DNA from: Auanema rhodensis
Taxonomy: Eukaryota; Animalia; Nematoda
Direction: 5' to 3'
Length of the DNA stretch: 64,000 bases
NCBI GenBank assembly: GCA_964057225.1
Contig: OZ059900.1
Coordinates: 3,596,001 to 3,660,000 of the forward strand
This document shows positions 41,731 through 54,739 of the stretch, one piece after another; the first letter of the stretch is position 1; each line of letters starts with the position of its first letter. Below the pieces are notes generated by a model that was not told the origin of the DNA, did not search any database, and was given only the letters and a program-made list of their open reading frames with translations. The position numbers and the translations under genes were made by a program.

Positions 41731-43461
41731 TCAAAACTCGGAAATTTCAAAAATTCTTTCTATTTTCGACCTTTTTTGATCAAAATGAATATATATCAGT
41801 GCAAGCTCATAAAAATAGACTGATTTTGTGTATTGTATGTTTGATTCTCAAATCTTAACGAATATGATCGAAATTTACGAGTATTACAGATTTTGTACCA
41901 AAAATCGGTGACTATATGGTGTTAAAGGCATAAAAACGACCATACTTAGTGTAGTAATGCTATTTGAGCGAAATTCAGTATTTTAACATCACTAGCGTTT
42001 AACTGATGACTTTTGTTGTCATAGACATTAAAACTATGCTTTTGATCATATATATGAGCGATTTAGCCAAATTAGACTCAAAACTCGGAAATTTCAAAAA
42101 TTCTTTCTATTTTCGACCTTTTTTGATCAAAATGAATAAATATCAGTGCAAACTCATAAAAATAGACTTAATTCGTGTATTATGTGTTTGTTTCTCGAAT
42201 CTTAACGAATATGATCAAAATTTACGAGTATCACAGATTTTGTACCAAAAATCGGTGAGTATATGGTGTTAAAGGCATAAAAACGACCATACTTAGTGTA
42301 GTAATGCATTTGAGTGAAATTCAGTGATTTACACATTATTAGTGTATATTTGAAGACTTTTGTTATCATAGACAGTAAAACTATGCTTTTGATCATATAT
42401 ATGAGCGATTTAGCCCAATTGGACTCAAAACTCGGAAAATTCAAAAATTCTTCTATTTTCGACCTTTTTTGATCAAAATGAATATATATCAGTGCAAACT
42501 CGTAAAAATAAACTTATTTCGTGTATTGTGTGTTTGATTCTCGAATCTCACCGAATATGATCAAAATTTACGAGTATCACAGATTTTGTACCAAAAATCG
42601 GTGAGTATATGGTGTTAAAGGCATAAAAACGACCATACTTAGTGTAGTAATGCTATTTGAGCGAAATTCAGTATTTAAACATCACTAGCGTTTAATTGAT
42701 GACTTTTGTTGTCATAGACAATGAAACTATGCTTTTGATCATATATATGAGCGATTTAGCCAAATTAGACTCAAAACTCGGAAATTTCAAAAATTCTTTC
42801 TATTTTCGACCTTTTTTGATCAAAATGAATAAATATCAGTGCAAACTCGTAAAAATAAACTGATTTTGTGTATTGTATGTTTGATTCTCAAATCTTAACG
42901 AATATGATCAAAATTTACGAGTATTACAGATTTTGTACCAAAAATCGGTGAGTATATGGTGTTAAAGGCATAAAAACGACCATACTTAGTGTAGTAATGC
43001 TATTTGAGTGAAATTCAGTGATTTAATCATTATTAGTTTATATTTGAAGACTTTTGTTATCATAGACAGTAAAACTATGCTTTTGATCATATATATGAGC
43101 GATTTAGCCCAATTGGACTCAAAACTCGGAAAATTCAAAAATTCTTCTATTTTCGACCTTTTTTGATCAAAATGAATATATATCAGTGCAAACTCGTAAA
43201 AATAGACTGATTTTGTGTATTGTATGTTTGATTCTCAAATCTTAACGAATATGATCAAAATTTACGAGTATTACAGATTTTGTACCAAAAATCGGTGAGT
43301 ATATGGTGTTAAAGGCATAAAAACGACCATACTTACTGTAGTAATGCTATTTGAGCGAAATTCAGTATTTAAACATTACTAGCGTTTAATTGATGACTTT
43401 TGTTGTTATAGACAATAAAACTATGTTTTTGATCATATATATGAGCGATTTAGCCAAATTG

Positions 43462-46400
43462 GACTCAAAACTCGGAAATTTCAAAAATTCTTTCTATTTT
43501 CGACCTTTTTTGATCAAAATGAATAAATATCAGTGCAAACTTGTAAAAATAGACTTATTTTGTGTATTATGTGTTTGATTCTCGAATCTTAACAAATATG
43601 ATCAAAATTTACAAGTATTACAGATTTTGTACCAAAAATCGGTGAGTATATGGTGTTAAAGGCATAAAAACGACCATACTTAGTGTAGTAATGCTATTTG
43701 AGTGAAATTCAGTGATTTAATCATTATTAGTGTATATTTGAAGACTTTTGTTATCATAGACAGTAAAACTATGCTTTTGATCATATATATGAGCGATTTA
43801 GCCCAATTCGACTCAAAACTCGGAAATTTCAAAAATTCTTTCTATTTTCGACCTTTTTTGATCAAAATGAATAAATATCAGTGCAAACTCGTAAAAATAA
43901 ACTTATTTCGTGTATTATGTGTTTGATTCTCGAATCTTAACAAATATGATCAAAATTTACAAGTATTACAGATTTTGTACCAAAAATCGGTGAGTATATG
44001 GTGTTAAAGGCATAAAAACGACCATACTTAGTGTAGTAATGCTATTTGAGTGAAATTCAGTGATTTAATCATTATTAGTGTATATTTGAAGACTTTTGTT
44101 ATCATAGACAGTACAACTATGCTTTTGATCATATATATGAGCGATTTAGCCAAATTAGACTCAAAACTCGGAAATTTCAAAAATTCTTTCTATTTTCGAC
44201 CTTTTTTGATCAAAATGAATAAATATCAGTGCAAACTCGTAAAAATAAACTTATTTCGTGTATTGTGTGTTTGATTCTCGAATCTCACCAAATATGATCA
44301 AAATTTACGAGTATCACAGATTTTGTACCAAAAATCGGTGAGTATATGGTGTTAAAGGCATAAAAACGACCATACTTAGTGTAGTAATGCTATTAGAGCG
44401 AAATTTAGTGATTTAAACATCATTAGTGTTTAATTAATGACTTTTGTTGTCATAGACAATACACCAATAGACAGTAAAACTATGCTTTTGATCATATATA
44501 TGAGCGATTTAGCCCAATTGGACTCAAAACTCGGAAAATTCAAAAATTCTTTCTATTTTCGACCTTTTTTGATCAAAATGAATAAATATCAGTGCAAACT
44601 CATAAAAATAGACTTATTTCGTGTATTATGTGTTTGATTCTCGAATCTTAACGAATATGATCAAAATTTACAAGTATTACAGATTTTGTACCAAAAATCG
44701 GTGAGTATATGGTGTTAAAGGCATAAAAACGACCATACTTAGTGTAGTAATGCTATTTGAGCGAAATTTAGTGATTTAAACATCATTAGTGTTTAATTAA
44801 TGACTTTTGTTGTCATAGACAATAAAACTATGCTTCTGATCATATATATGAGCGATTTAGCCAAATTAGACTCAAAACTCGTAAATTTCAAAAATTCTTT
44901 CTATTTTCGACCTTTTTTGATCAAAATGAATATATATCAGTGCAAGCTCATAAAAATAGACTGATTTTGTGTACTGTATGTTTGATTCTCGAATCTTAAC
45001 GAATATGATCAAAATTTACGAGTATTACAGATTTTGTACCAAAAATCAGTGAGTATATGGTGTTAAAGGCATAAAAACGACCATACTTAGTGTAGTAATG
45101 CTATTTGAGTGAAATTCAGTGATTTAATCATTACTAGTGTATATTTGAAGACTTTTGTTATCATAGACAGTAAAACTATGCTTTTGATCATATATATGAG
45201 CGATTTAGCCCAATTGGACTCAAAACTCGGAAAATTCAAAAATTCTTTCTATTTTCGACCTTTTTTGATCAAAATGAATAAATATCAGTGCAAACTCGTG
45301 AAAATAAACTCATTTCGTGTATTGTGTGTTTGATTCTTGAATCTTAACGAATATGATCAAAATTTACGAGTATCACAGATTTTGTACCAAAAATCGGTGA
45401 GTATATGGTGTTGAAGGTATAAAAACGACCATACTTAGTGTAGTAATGCTATTTGAGCGAGAATCAGTATTTAAACATCATTAGTGTTTAATTAATGACT
45501 TTTGTTGTGATAGACAAAAAAACTATGCTTCTGATCATATATATGAGCGATTTAGCCAAATTAGACTCAAAACTCGTAAATTTCAAAAATTCTTTCTATT
45601 TTCGACCTTTTTTGATCAAAATGAATAAATATCAGTGCAAACTTGTAAAAATGAACTTATTTCGTGTATTAAGTGTTTGATTTTTGAATCTTAACGAATA
45701 TGATCAAAATTTACGAGTATCACAGATTTTGTACCAAAAATCGGTGAGTATATGGTGTTAAAGGCATAAAAACGACCATACTTAGTGTAGTAATGCATTT
45801 GAGTGAAATTCAGTGTATTACACATTATTAGTGTTCAATTAATGACTTTTGTTGTCATAGACAATACATCTATGCTTCTGATCATATATATGAGCGATTT
45901 AGCCAAATTAGACTCAAAACTCGGAAATTTCAAAAAATCTTTCTATTTTCGACCTTTTTTGATCAAAATGAATAAATATCAGTGCAAACTTGTAAAAATT
46001 GACTTATTTTGTGTATTATGTGTTTGATTCTCGAATCTTAACGAATATGATCAAAATTTACAAGTATTACAGATTTTGTACCAAAAATCGGTGAGTATAT
46101 GGTGTTAAAGGCATAAAAACGACCATACTTAGTGTAGTAATGCTATTTGAGCGAAAATCAGTATTTAAACATCACTAGCGTTTAAATGATGATTTTTGTT
46201 GTCATAGACAATAAAACTATGCTTCTGATCATATATATGAGCGATTTAGCCAAATTAGACTCAAAACTCGGAAATTTCAAAAATTCTTTCTATTTTCGAC
46301 CTTTTTTGATCAAAATGAATATATATCAGTGCAAGCTCATAAAAATAGACTGATTTTGTGTATTGTATGTTTGATTCTCAAATCTTAACGAATATGATCA

Positions 46401-49400
46401 AAATTTACGAGTATTACAGATTTTGTACCAAAAATCGGTGAGTATATGGTGTTAACGGCATAAAAACGACCATACTTAGTGTAGTAAAGCTATTTGAGTG
46501 AAATTCAGTGATTTACACATTATTAGTGTATATTTGAAGACTTTTGTTATCATAGACAGTAAAACTATGCTTTTGATCATATATATGAGCGATTTAGCCC
46601 AATTGGACTCAAAACTCGGAAAATTCAAAAATTCTTTCTATTTTCGACCTTTTTTGATCAAAATGAATAAATATCAGTGCAAACTCGTGAAAATAAACTC
46701 ATTTCGTGTATTGTGTGTTTGATTCTTGAATCTTAACGAATATGATCAAAATTTACGAGTATCACAGATTTTGTACCAAAAATCGGTGAGTATATGGTGT
46801 TGAAGGTATAAAAACGACCATACTTAGTGTAGTAATGCTATTTGAGCGAGAATCAGTATTTAAACATCATTAGTGTTTAATTAATGACTTTTGTTGTGAT
46901 AGACAAAAAAACTATGCTTCTGATCATATATATGAGCGATTTAGCCAAATTAGACTCAAAACTCGTAAATTTCAAAAATTCTTTCTATTTTCGACCTTTT
47001 TTGATCAAAATGAATAAATATCAGTGCAAACTTGTAAAAATGAACTTATTTCGTGTATTAAGTGTTTGATTTTTGAATCTTAACGAATATGATCAAAATT
47101 TACGAGTATCACAGATTTTGTACCAAAAATCGGTGAGTATATGGTGTTAAAGGCATAAAAACGACCATACTTAGTGTAGTAATGCATTTGAGTGAAATTC
47201 AGTGTATTACACATTATTAGTGTTCAATTAATGACTTTTGTTGTCATAGACAATACATCTATGCTTCTGATCATATATATGAGCGATTTAGCCAAATTAG
47301 ACTCAAAACTCGGAAATTTCAAAAATTCTTTCTATTTTCGACCTTTTTTGATCAAAATGAATAAATATCAGTGCAAACTTGTAAAAATAGACTTATTTTG
47401 TGTATTATGTGTTTGATTCTCGAATCTTAACAAATATGATCAAAATTTACAAGTATTACAGATTTTGTACCAAAAATCGGTGAGTATATGGTGTTAAAGG
47501 CATAAAAACGACCATACTTAGTGTAGTAATGCTATTTGAGTGAAATTCAGTGATTTAATCATTATTAGTGTATATTTGAAGACTTTTGTTATCATAGACA
47601 GTAAAACTATGCTTTTGATCATATATATGAGCGATTTAGCCCAATTCGACTCAAAACTCGGAAATTTCAAAAATTCTTTCTATTTTCGACCTTTTTTGAT
47701 CAAAATGAATAAATATCAGTGCAAACTCGTAAAAATAAACTTATTTCGTGTATTATGTGTTTGATTCTCGAATCTTAACAAATATGATCAAAATTTACAA
47801 GTATTACAGATTTTGTACCAAAAATCGGTGAGTATATGGTGTTAAAGGCATAAAAACGACCATACTTAGTGTAGTAATGCTATTTGAGTGAAATTCAGTG
47901 ATTTAATCATTATTAGTGTATATTTGAAGACTTTTGTTATCATAGACAGTACAACTATGCTTTTGATCATATATATGAGCGATTTAGCCAAATTAGACTC
48001 AAAACTCGGAAATTTCAAAAATTCTTTCTATTTTCGACCTTTTTTGATCAAAATGAATAAATATCAGTGCAAACTCGTAAAAATAAACTTATTTCGTGTA
48101 TTGTGTGTTTGATTCTCGAATCTCACCAAATATGATCAAAATTTACGAGTATCACAGATTTTGTACCAAAAATCGGTGAGTATATGGTGTTAAAGGCATA
48201 AAAACGACCATACTTAGTGTAGTAATGCTATTAGAGCGAAATTTAGTGATTTAAACATCATTAGTGTTTAATTAATGACTTTTGTTGTCATAGACAATAC
48301 ACCAATAGACAGTAAAACTATGCTTTTGATCATATATATGAGCGATTTAGCCCAATTGGACTCAAAACTCGGAAAATTCAAAAATTCTTTCTATTTTCGA
48401 CCTTTTTTGATCAAAATGAATAAATATCAGTGCAAACTCATAAAAATAGACTTATTTCGTGTATTATGTGTTTGATTCTCGAATCTTAACGAATATGATC
48501 AAAATTTACAAGTATTACAGATTTTGTACCAAAAATCGGTGAGTATATGGTGTTAAAGGCATAAAAACGACCATACTTAGTGTAGTAATGCTATTTGAGC
48601 GAAATTTAGTGATTTAAACATCATTAGTGTTTAATTAATGACTTTTGTTGTCATAGACAATAAAACTATGCTTCTGATCATATATATGAGCGATTTAGCC
48701 AAATTAGACTCAAAACTCGTAAATTTCAAAAATTCTTTCTATTTTCGACCTTTTTTGATCAAAATGAATATATATCAGTGCAAGCTCATAAAAATAGACT
48801 GATTTTGTGTATTGTATGTTTGATTCTCGAATCTTAACGAATATGATCAAAATTTACGAGTATTACAGATTTTGTACCAAAAATCAGTGAGTATATGGTG
48901 TTAAAGGCATAAAAACGACCATACTTAGTGTAGTAATGCTATTTGAGTGAAATTCAGTGATTTAATCATTACTAGTGTATATTTGAAGACTTTTGTTATC
49001 ATAGACAGTAAAACTATGCTTTTGATCATATATATGAGCGATTTAGCCCAATTGGACTCAAAACTCGGAAAATTCAAAAATTCTTTCTATTTTCGACCTT
49101 TTTTGATCAAAATGAATAAATATCAGTGCAAACTCGTGAAAATAAACTCATTTCGTGTATTGTGTGTTTGATTCTTGAATCTTAACGAATATGATCAAAA
49201 TTTACGAGTATCACAGATTTTGTACCAAAAATCGGTGAGTATATGGTGTTGAAGGTATAAAAACGACCATACTTAGTGTAGTAATGCTATTTGAGCGAGA
49301 ATCAGTATTTAAACATCATTAGTGTTTAATTAATGACTTTTGTTGTGATAGACAGAAAAACTATGCTTCTGATCATATATATGAGCGATTTAGCCAAATT

Positions 49401-51137
49401 AGACTCAAAACTCGTAAATTTCAAAAATTCTTTCTATTTTCGACCTTTTTTGATCAAAATGAATAAATATCAGTGCAAACTTGTAAAAATGAACTTATTT
49501 CGTGTATTAAGTGTTTGATTTTTGAATCTTAACGAATATGATCAAAATTTACGAGTATCACAGATTTTGTACCAAAAATCGGTGAGTATATGGTGTTAAA
49601 GGCATAAAAACGACCATACTTAGTGTAGTAATGCATTTGAGTGAAATTCAGTGTATTACACATTATTAGTGTTCAATTAATGACTTTTGTTGTCATAGAC
49701 AATACATCTATGCTTCTGATCATATATATGAGCGATTTAGCCAAATTAGACTCAAAACTCGGAAATTTCAAAAAATCTTTCTATTTTCGACCTTTTTTGA
49801 TCAAAATGAATAAATATCAGTGCAAACTTGTAAAAATTGACTTATTTTGTGTATTATGTGTTTGATTCTCGAATCTTAACGAATATGATCAAAATTTACA
49901 AGTATTACAGATTTTGTACCAAAAATCGGTGAGTATATGGTGTTAAAGGCATAAAAACGACCATACTTAGTGTAGTAATGCTATTTGAGCGAAAATCAGT
50001 ATTTAAACATCACTAGCGTTTAAATGATGATTTTTGTTGTCATAGACAATAAAACTATGCTTCTGATCATATATATGAGCGATTTAGCCAAATTAGACTC
50101 AAAACTCGGAAATTTCAAAAATTCTTTCTATTTTCGACCTTTTTTGATCAAAATGAATATATATCAGTGCAAGCTCATAAAAATAGACTGATTTTGTGTA
50201 TTGTATGTTTGATTCTCAAATCTTAACGAATATGATCAAAATTTACGAGTATTACAGATTTTGTACCAAAAATCGGTGAGTATATGGTGTTAACGGCATA
50301 AAAACGACCATACTTAGTGTAGTAAAGCTATTTGAGTGAAATTCAGTGATTTACACATTATTAGTGTATATTTGAAGACTTTTGTTATCATAGACAGTAA
50401 AACTATGCTTTTGATCATATATATGAGCGATTTAGCCCAATTGGACTCAAAACTCGGAAAATTCAAAAATTCTTTCTATTTTCGACCTTTTTTGATCAAA
50501 ATGAATAAATATCAGTGCAAACTCGTGAAAATAAACTCATTTCGTGTATTGTGTGTTTGATTCTTGAATCTTAACAAATATGATCAAAATTTACGAGTAT
50601 CACAGATTTTGTACCAAAAATCGGTGAGTATATGGTGTTGAAGGTATAAAAACGACCATACTTAGTGTAGTAATGCTATTTGAGCGAGAATCAGTATTTA
50701 AACATCATTAGTGTTTAATTAATGACTTTTGTTGTGATAGACAAAAAAACTATGCTTCTGATCATATATATGAGCGATTTAGCCAAATTAGACTCAAAAC
50801 TCGTAAATTTCAAAAATTCTTTCTATTTTCGACCTTTTTTGATCAAAATGAATAAATATCAGTGCAAACTTGTAAAAATGAACTTATTTCGTGTATTAAG
50901 TGTTTGATTTTTGAATCTTAACGAATATGATCAAAATTTACGAGTATCACAGATTTTGTACCAAAAATCGGTGAGTATATGGTGTTAAAGGCATAAAAAC
51001 GACCATACTTAGTGTAGTAATGCATTTGAGTGAAATTCAGTGTATTACACATTATTAGTGTTCAATTAATGACTTTTGTTGTCATAGACAATACATCTAT
51101 GCTTCTGATCATATATATGAGCGATTTAGCCAAATTA
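43462..51137. repeat. Tandem 11-monomer duplication, period 3838 bp, two full copies with a nested 1389-bp 4-mer
   Basis: ORF pairs 43702/47540, 44050/47888, 44437/48275, 45109/48947, 45495/49333, 45803/49641, 46498/50336 and 46884/50722 are all offset by 3838. Internal offsets 45495/46884 and 45803/47192 equal 1389. Confidence 0.92.
44452..44466. other. 15-bp insertion (atagacaatacacca) in a monomer; further copies at 48290-48304 and 55599-55613
   Basis: catagacaatacaccaatagacagtaaaac versus normal catagaca(a/g/t)taaaac; atagaca is repeated at 44452 and 44467. Confidence 0.92.
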
Positions 51138-54100
51138 GACTCAAAACTCGGAAATTTCAAAAAATCTTTCTATTTTCGACCTTTTTTGATCAAAATGAAT
51201 AAATATCAGTGCAAACTTGTAAAAATTGACTTATTTTGTGTATTATGTGTTTGATTCTCGAATCTTAACGAATATGATCAAAATTTACAAGTATTACAGA
51301 TTTTGTACCAAAAATCGGTGAGTATATGGTGTTAAAGGCATAAAAACGACCATACTTAGTGTAGTAATGCTATTTGAGCGAAAATCAGTATTTAAACATC
51401 ACTAGCGTTTAAATGATGATTTTTGTTGTCATAGACAATAAAACTATGCTTCTGATCATATATATGAGCGATTTAGCCAAATTAGACTCAAAACTCGGAA
51501 ATTTCAAAAATTCTTTCTATTTTCGACCTTTTTTGATCAAAATGAATATATATCAGTGCAAGCTCATAAAAATAGACTGATTTTGTGTATTGTATGTTTG
51601 ATTCTCAAATCTTAACGAATATGATCAAAATTTACGAGTATTACAGATTTTGTACCAAAAATCGGTGAGTATATGGTGTTAAAGGCATAAAAACGACCAT
51701 ACTTAGTGTAGTAAAGCTATTTGAGTGAAATTCAGTATTTAAACATCACTAGCGTTTAATTGATGACTTTTGTTGTCATAGACATTAAAACTATGCTTTT
51801 GATCATATAAATGAGCGATTTAGCCAAATTAGACTCAAAACTCGGAAATTTCAAAAATTCTTTCTATTTTCGACCTTTTTTGATCAAAATGAATAAATAT
51901 CAGTGCAAACTCATAAAAATAGACTTATTTCGTGTATTATGTGTTTGATTCTCGAATCTTAACAAATATGATCAAAATTTACAAGTATTACAGATTTTGT
52001 ACCAAAAATCGGTGAGTATATGGTGTTAAAGGCATAAAAACGACGATACTTAGTGTAGTAATGCTATTTGAGCGAAATTTAGTGATTTAAACATCATTAG
52101 TGTTTAATTAATGACTTTTGTTGTCATAGACAATGAAACTATGCTTCTGATCATATATATGAGCGATTTAGCCCAATTGGACTCAAAACTCGGAAAATTC
52201 AAAAATTCTTTCTATTTTCGACCTTTTTTGATCAAAATGAATAAATATCAGTGCAAACTCGTGAAAATAAACTCATTTCGTGTATTGTGTGTTTGATTCT
52301 CGAATCTTAACGAATATGATCAAAATTTACGAGTATCACAGATTTTGTACCAAAAATCGGTGAGTATATGGTGTTGAAGGTATAAAAACGACCATACTTA
52401 GTGTAGTAATGCTATTTGAGCGAAAATCAGTATTTAAACATCATTAGTGTTTAATTAATGACTTTTGTTGTCATAGACAATAAAACTATGCTTCTGATCA
52501 TATATATGAGCGATTTAGCCAAATTAGACTCAAAACTCGTAAATTTCAAAAATTCTTTCTATTTTCGACCTTTTTTGATCAAAATGAATAAATATCAGTG
52601 CAAACTTGTAAAAATGAACTTATTTCGTGTATTGTGTGTTTAATTTTTGAATCTTAACGAATATGATCAAAATTTACGAGTATCACAGATTTTGTACCAA
52701 AAATCGGTGAGTATATGGTGTTAAAGGCATAAAAACGACCATCCTTAGTGTAGTAATGCTATTTGAGCGAAATTCAGTATTTAAACATCACTAGCGTTTA
52801 AATGATGATTTTTGTTGTCATAGACAATACATCTATGCTTCTGATCATATATATGAGCGATTTAGCCAAATTAGACTCAAAACTCGGAAATTTCAAAAAT
52901 TCTTTCTATTTTCGACCTTTTTTGATCAAAATGAATAAATATCAGTGCAAACTCGTAAAAATAGACTGATTTTGTGTATTGTATGTTTGATTCTCAAATC
53001 TTAACGAATATGATCAAAATTTACGAGTATTACAGATTTTGTACCAAAAATCGGTGAGTATATGGTGTTAAAGGCATAAAAACGACCATACTTAGTGTAG
53101 TAATGCTATTTGAGCGAAATTCAGTATTTAAACATTACTAGCGTTTAATTGATGACTTTTGTTGTTATAGACAATAAAACTATGTTTTTGATCATATATA
53201 TGAGCGATTTAGCCAAATTGGACTCAAAACTCGGAAATTTCAAAAATTCTTTCTATTTTCGACCTTTTTTGATCAAAATGAATAAATATCAGTGCAAACT
53301 CGTAAAAATAAACTTATTTCGTGTATTGTGTGTTTGATTCTCGAATCTCACCGAATATGATCAAAATTTACGAGTATCACAGATTTTGTACCAAAAATCG
53401 GTGAGTATATGGTGTTAAAGGCATAAAAACGACCATACTTAGTGTAGTAATGCTATTTGAGCGAAATTCAGTATTTAAACATCACTAGCGTTTAATTGAT
53501 GACTTTTGTTGTCATAGACAATGAAACTATGCTTCTGATCATATATATGAGCGATTTAGCCAAATTAGACTCAAAACTCGGAAATTTCAAAAATTCTTTC
53601 TATTTTCGACCTTTTTTGATCAAAATGAATAAATATCAGTGCAAACTCGTAAAAATAAACTGATTTTGTGTATTGTATGTTTGATTCTCAAATCTTAACG
53701 AATATGATCAAAATTTACGAGTATTACAGATTTTGTACCAAAAATCGGTGAGTATATGGTGTTAAAGGCATAAAAACGACCATACTTAGTGTAGTAATGC
53801 TATTTGAGTGAAATTCAGTGATTTAATCATTATTAGTTTATATTTGAAGACTTTTGTTATCATAGACAGTAAAACTATGCTTTTGATCATATATATGAGC
53901 GATTTAGCCCAATTGGACTCAAAACTCGGAAAATTCAAAAATTCTTCTATTTTCGACCTTTTTTGATCAAAATGAATATATATCAGTGCAAACTCATAAA
54001 AATAGACTGATTTTGTGTATTGTATGTTTGATTCTCAAATCTTAACGAATATGATCGAAATTTACGAGTATTACAGATTTTGTACCAAAAATCGGTGAGT

Positions 54101-54739
54101 ATATGGTGTTAAAGGCATAAAAACGACCATACTTAGTGTAGTAATGCTATTTGAGCGAAATTCAGTATTTAAACATCACTAGCGTTTAATTGATGACTTT
54201 TGTTGTCATAGACAATAAAACTATGCTTTTGATCATATATATGAGCGATTTAGCCAAATTAGACTCAAAACTCGGAAATTTCAAAAATTCTTTCTATTTT
54301 CGACCTTTTTTGATCAAAATGAATAAATATCATTGCAAACTCGTAAAAATAGACTTATTTCGTGTATTATGTGTTTGATTCTCGAATCTTAACAAATATG
54401 ATTAAAATTTACGAGTATTACAGATTTTGTACCAAAAATCGGTGAGTATATGGTGTTAAAGGCATAAAAACGACCATACTTAGTGTAGTAATGCTATTTG
54501 AGCGAAATTCAGTATTTAAACATTACTAGCGTTTAATTGATGACTTTTGTTGTTATAGACAATAAAACTATGTTTTTGATCATATATATGAGCGATTTAG
54601 CCAAATTGGACTCAAAACTCGGAAATTTCAAAAATTCTTTCTATTTTCGACCTTTTTTGATCAAAATGAATATATATCAGTGCAAACTCATAAAAATAGA
54701 CTGATTTTGTTTATTGTGTGTTTGATTTTCAAATCTTAA

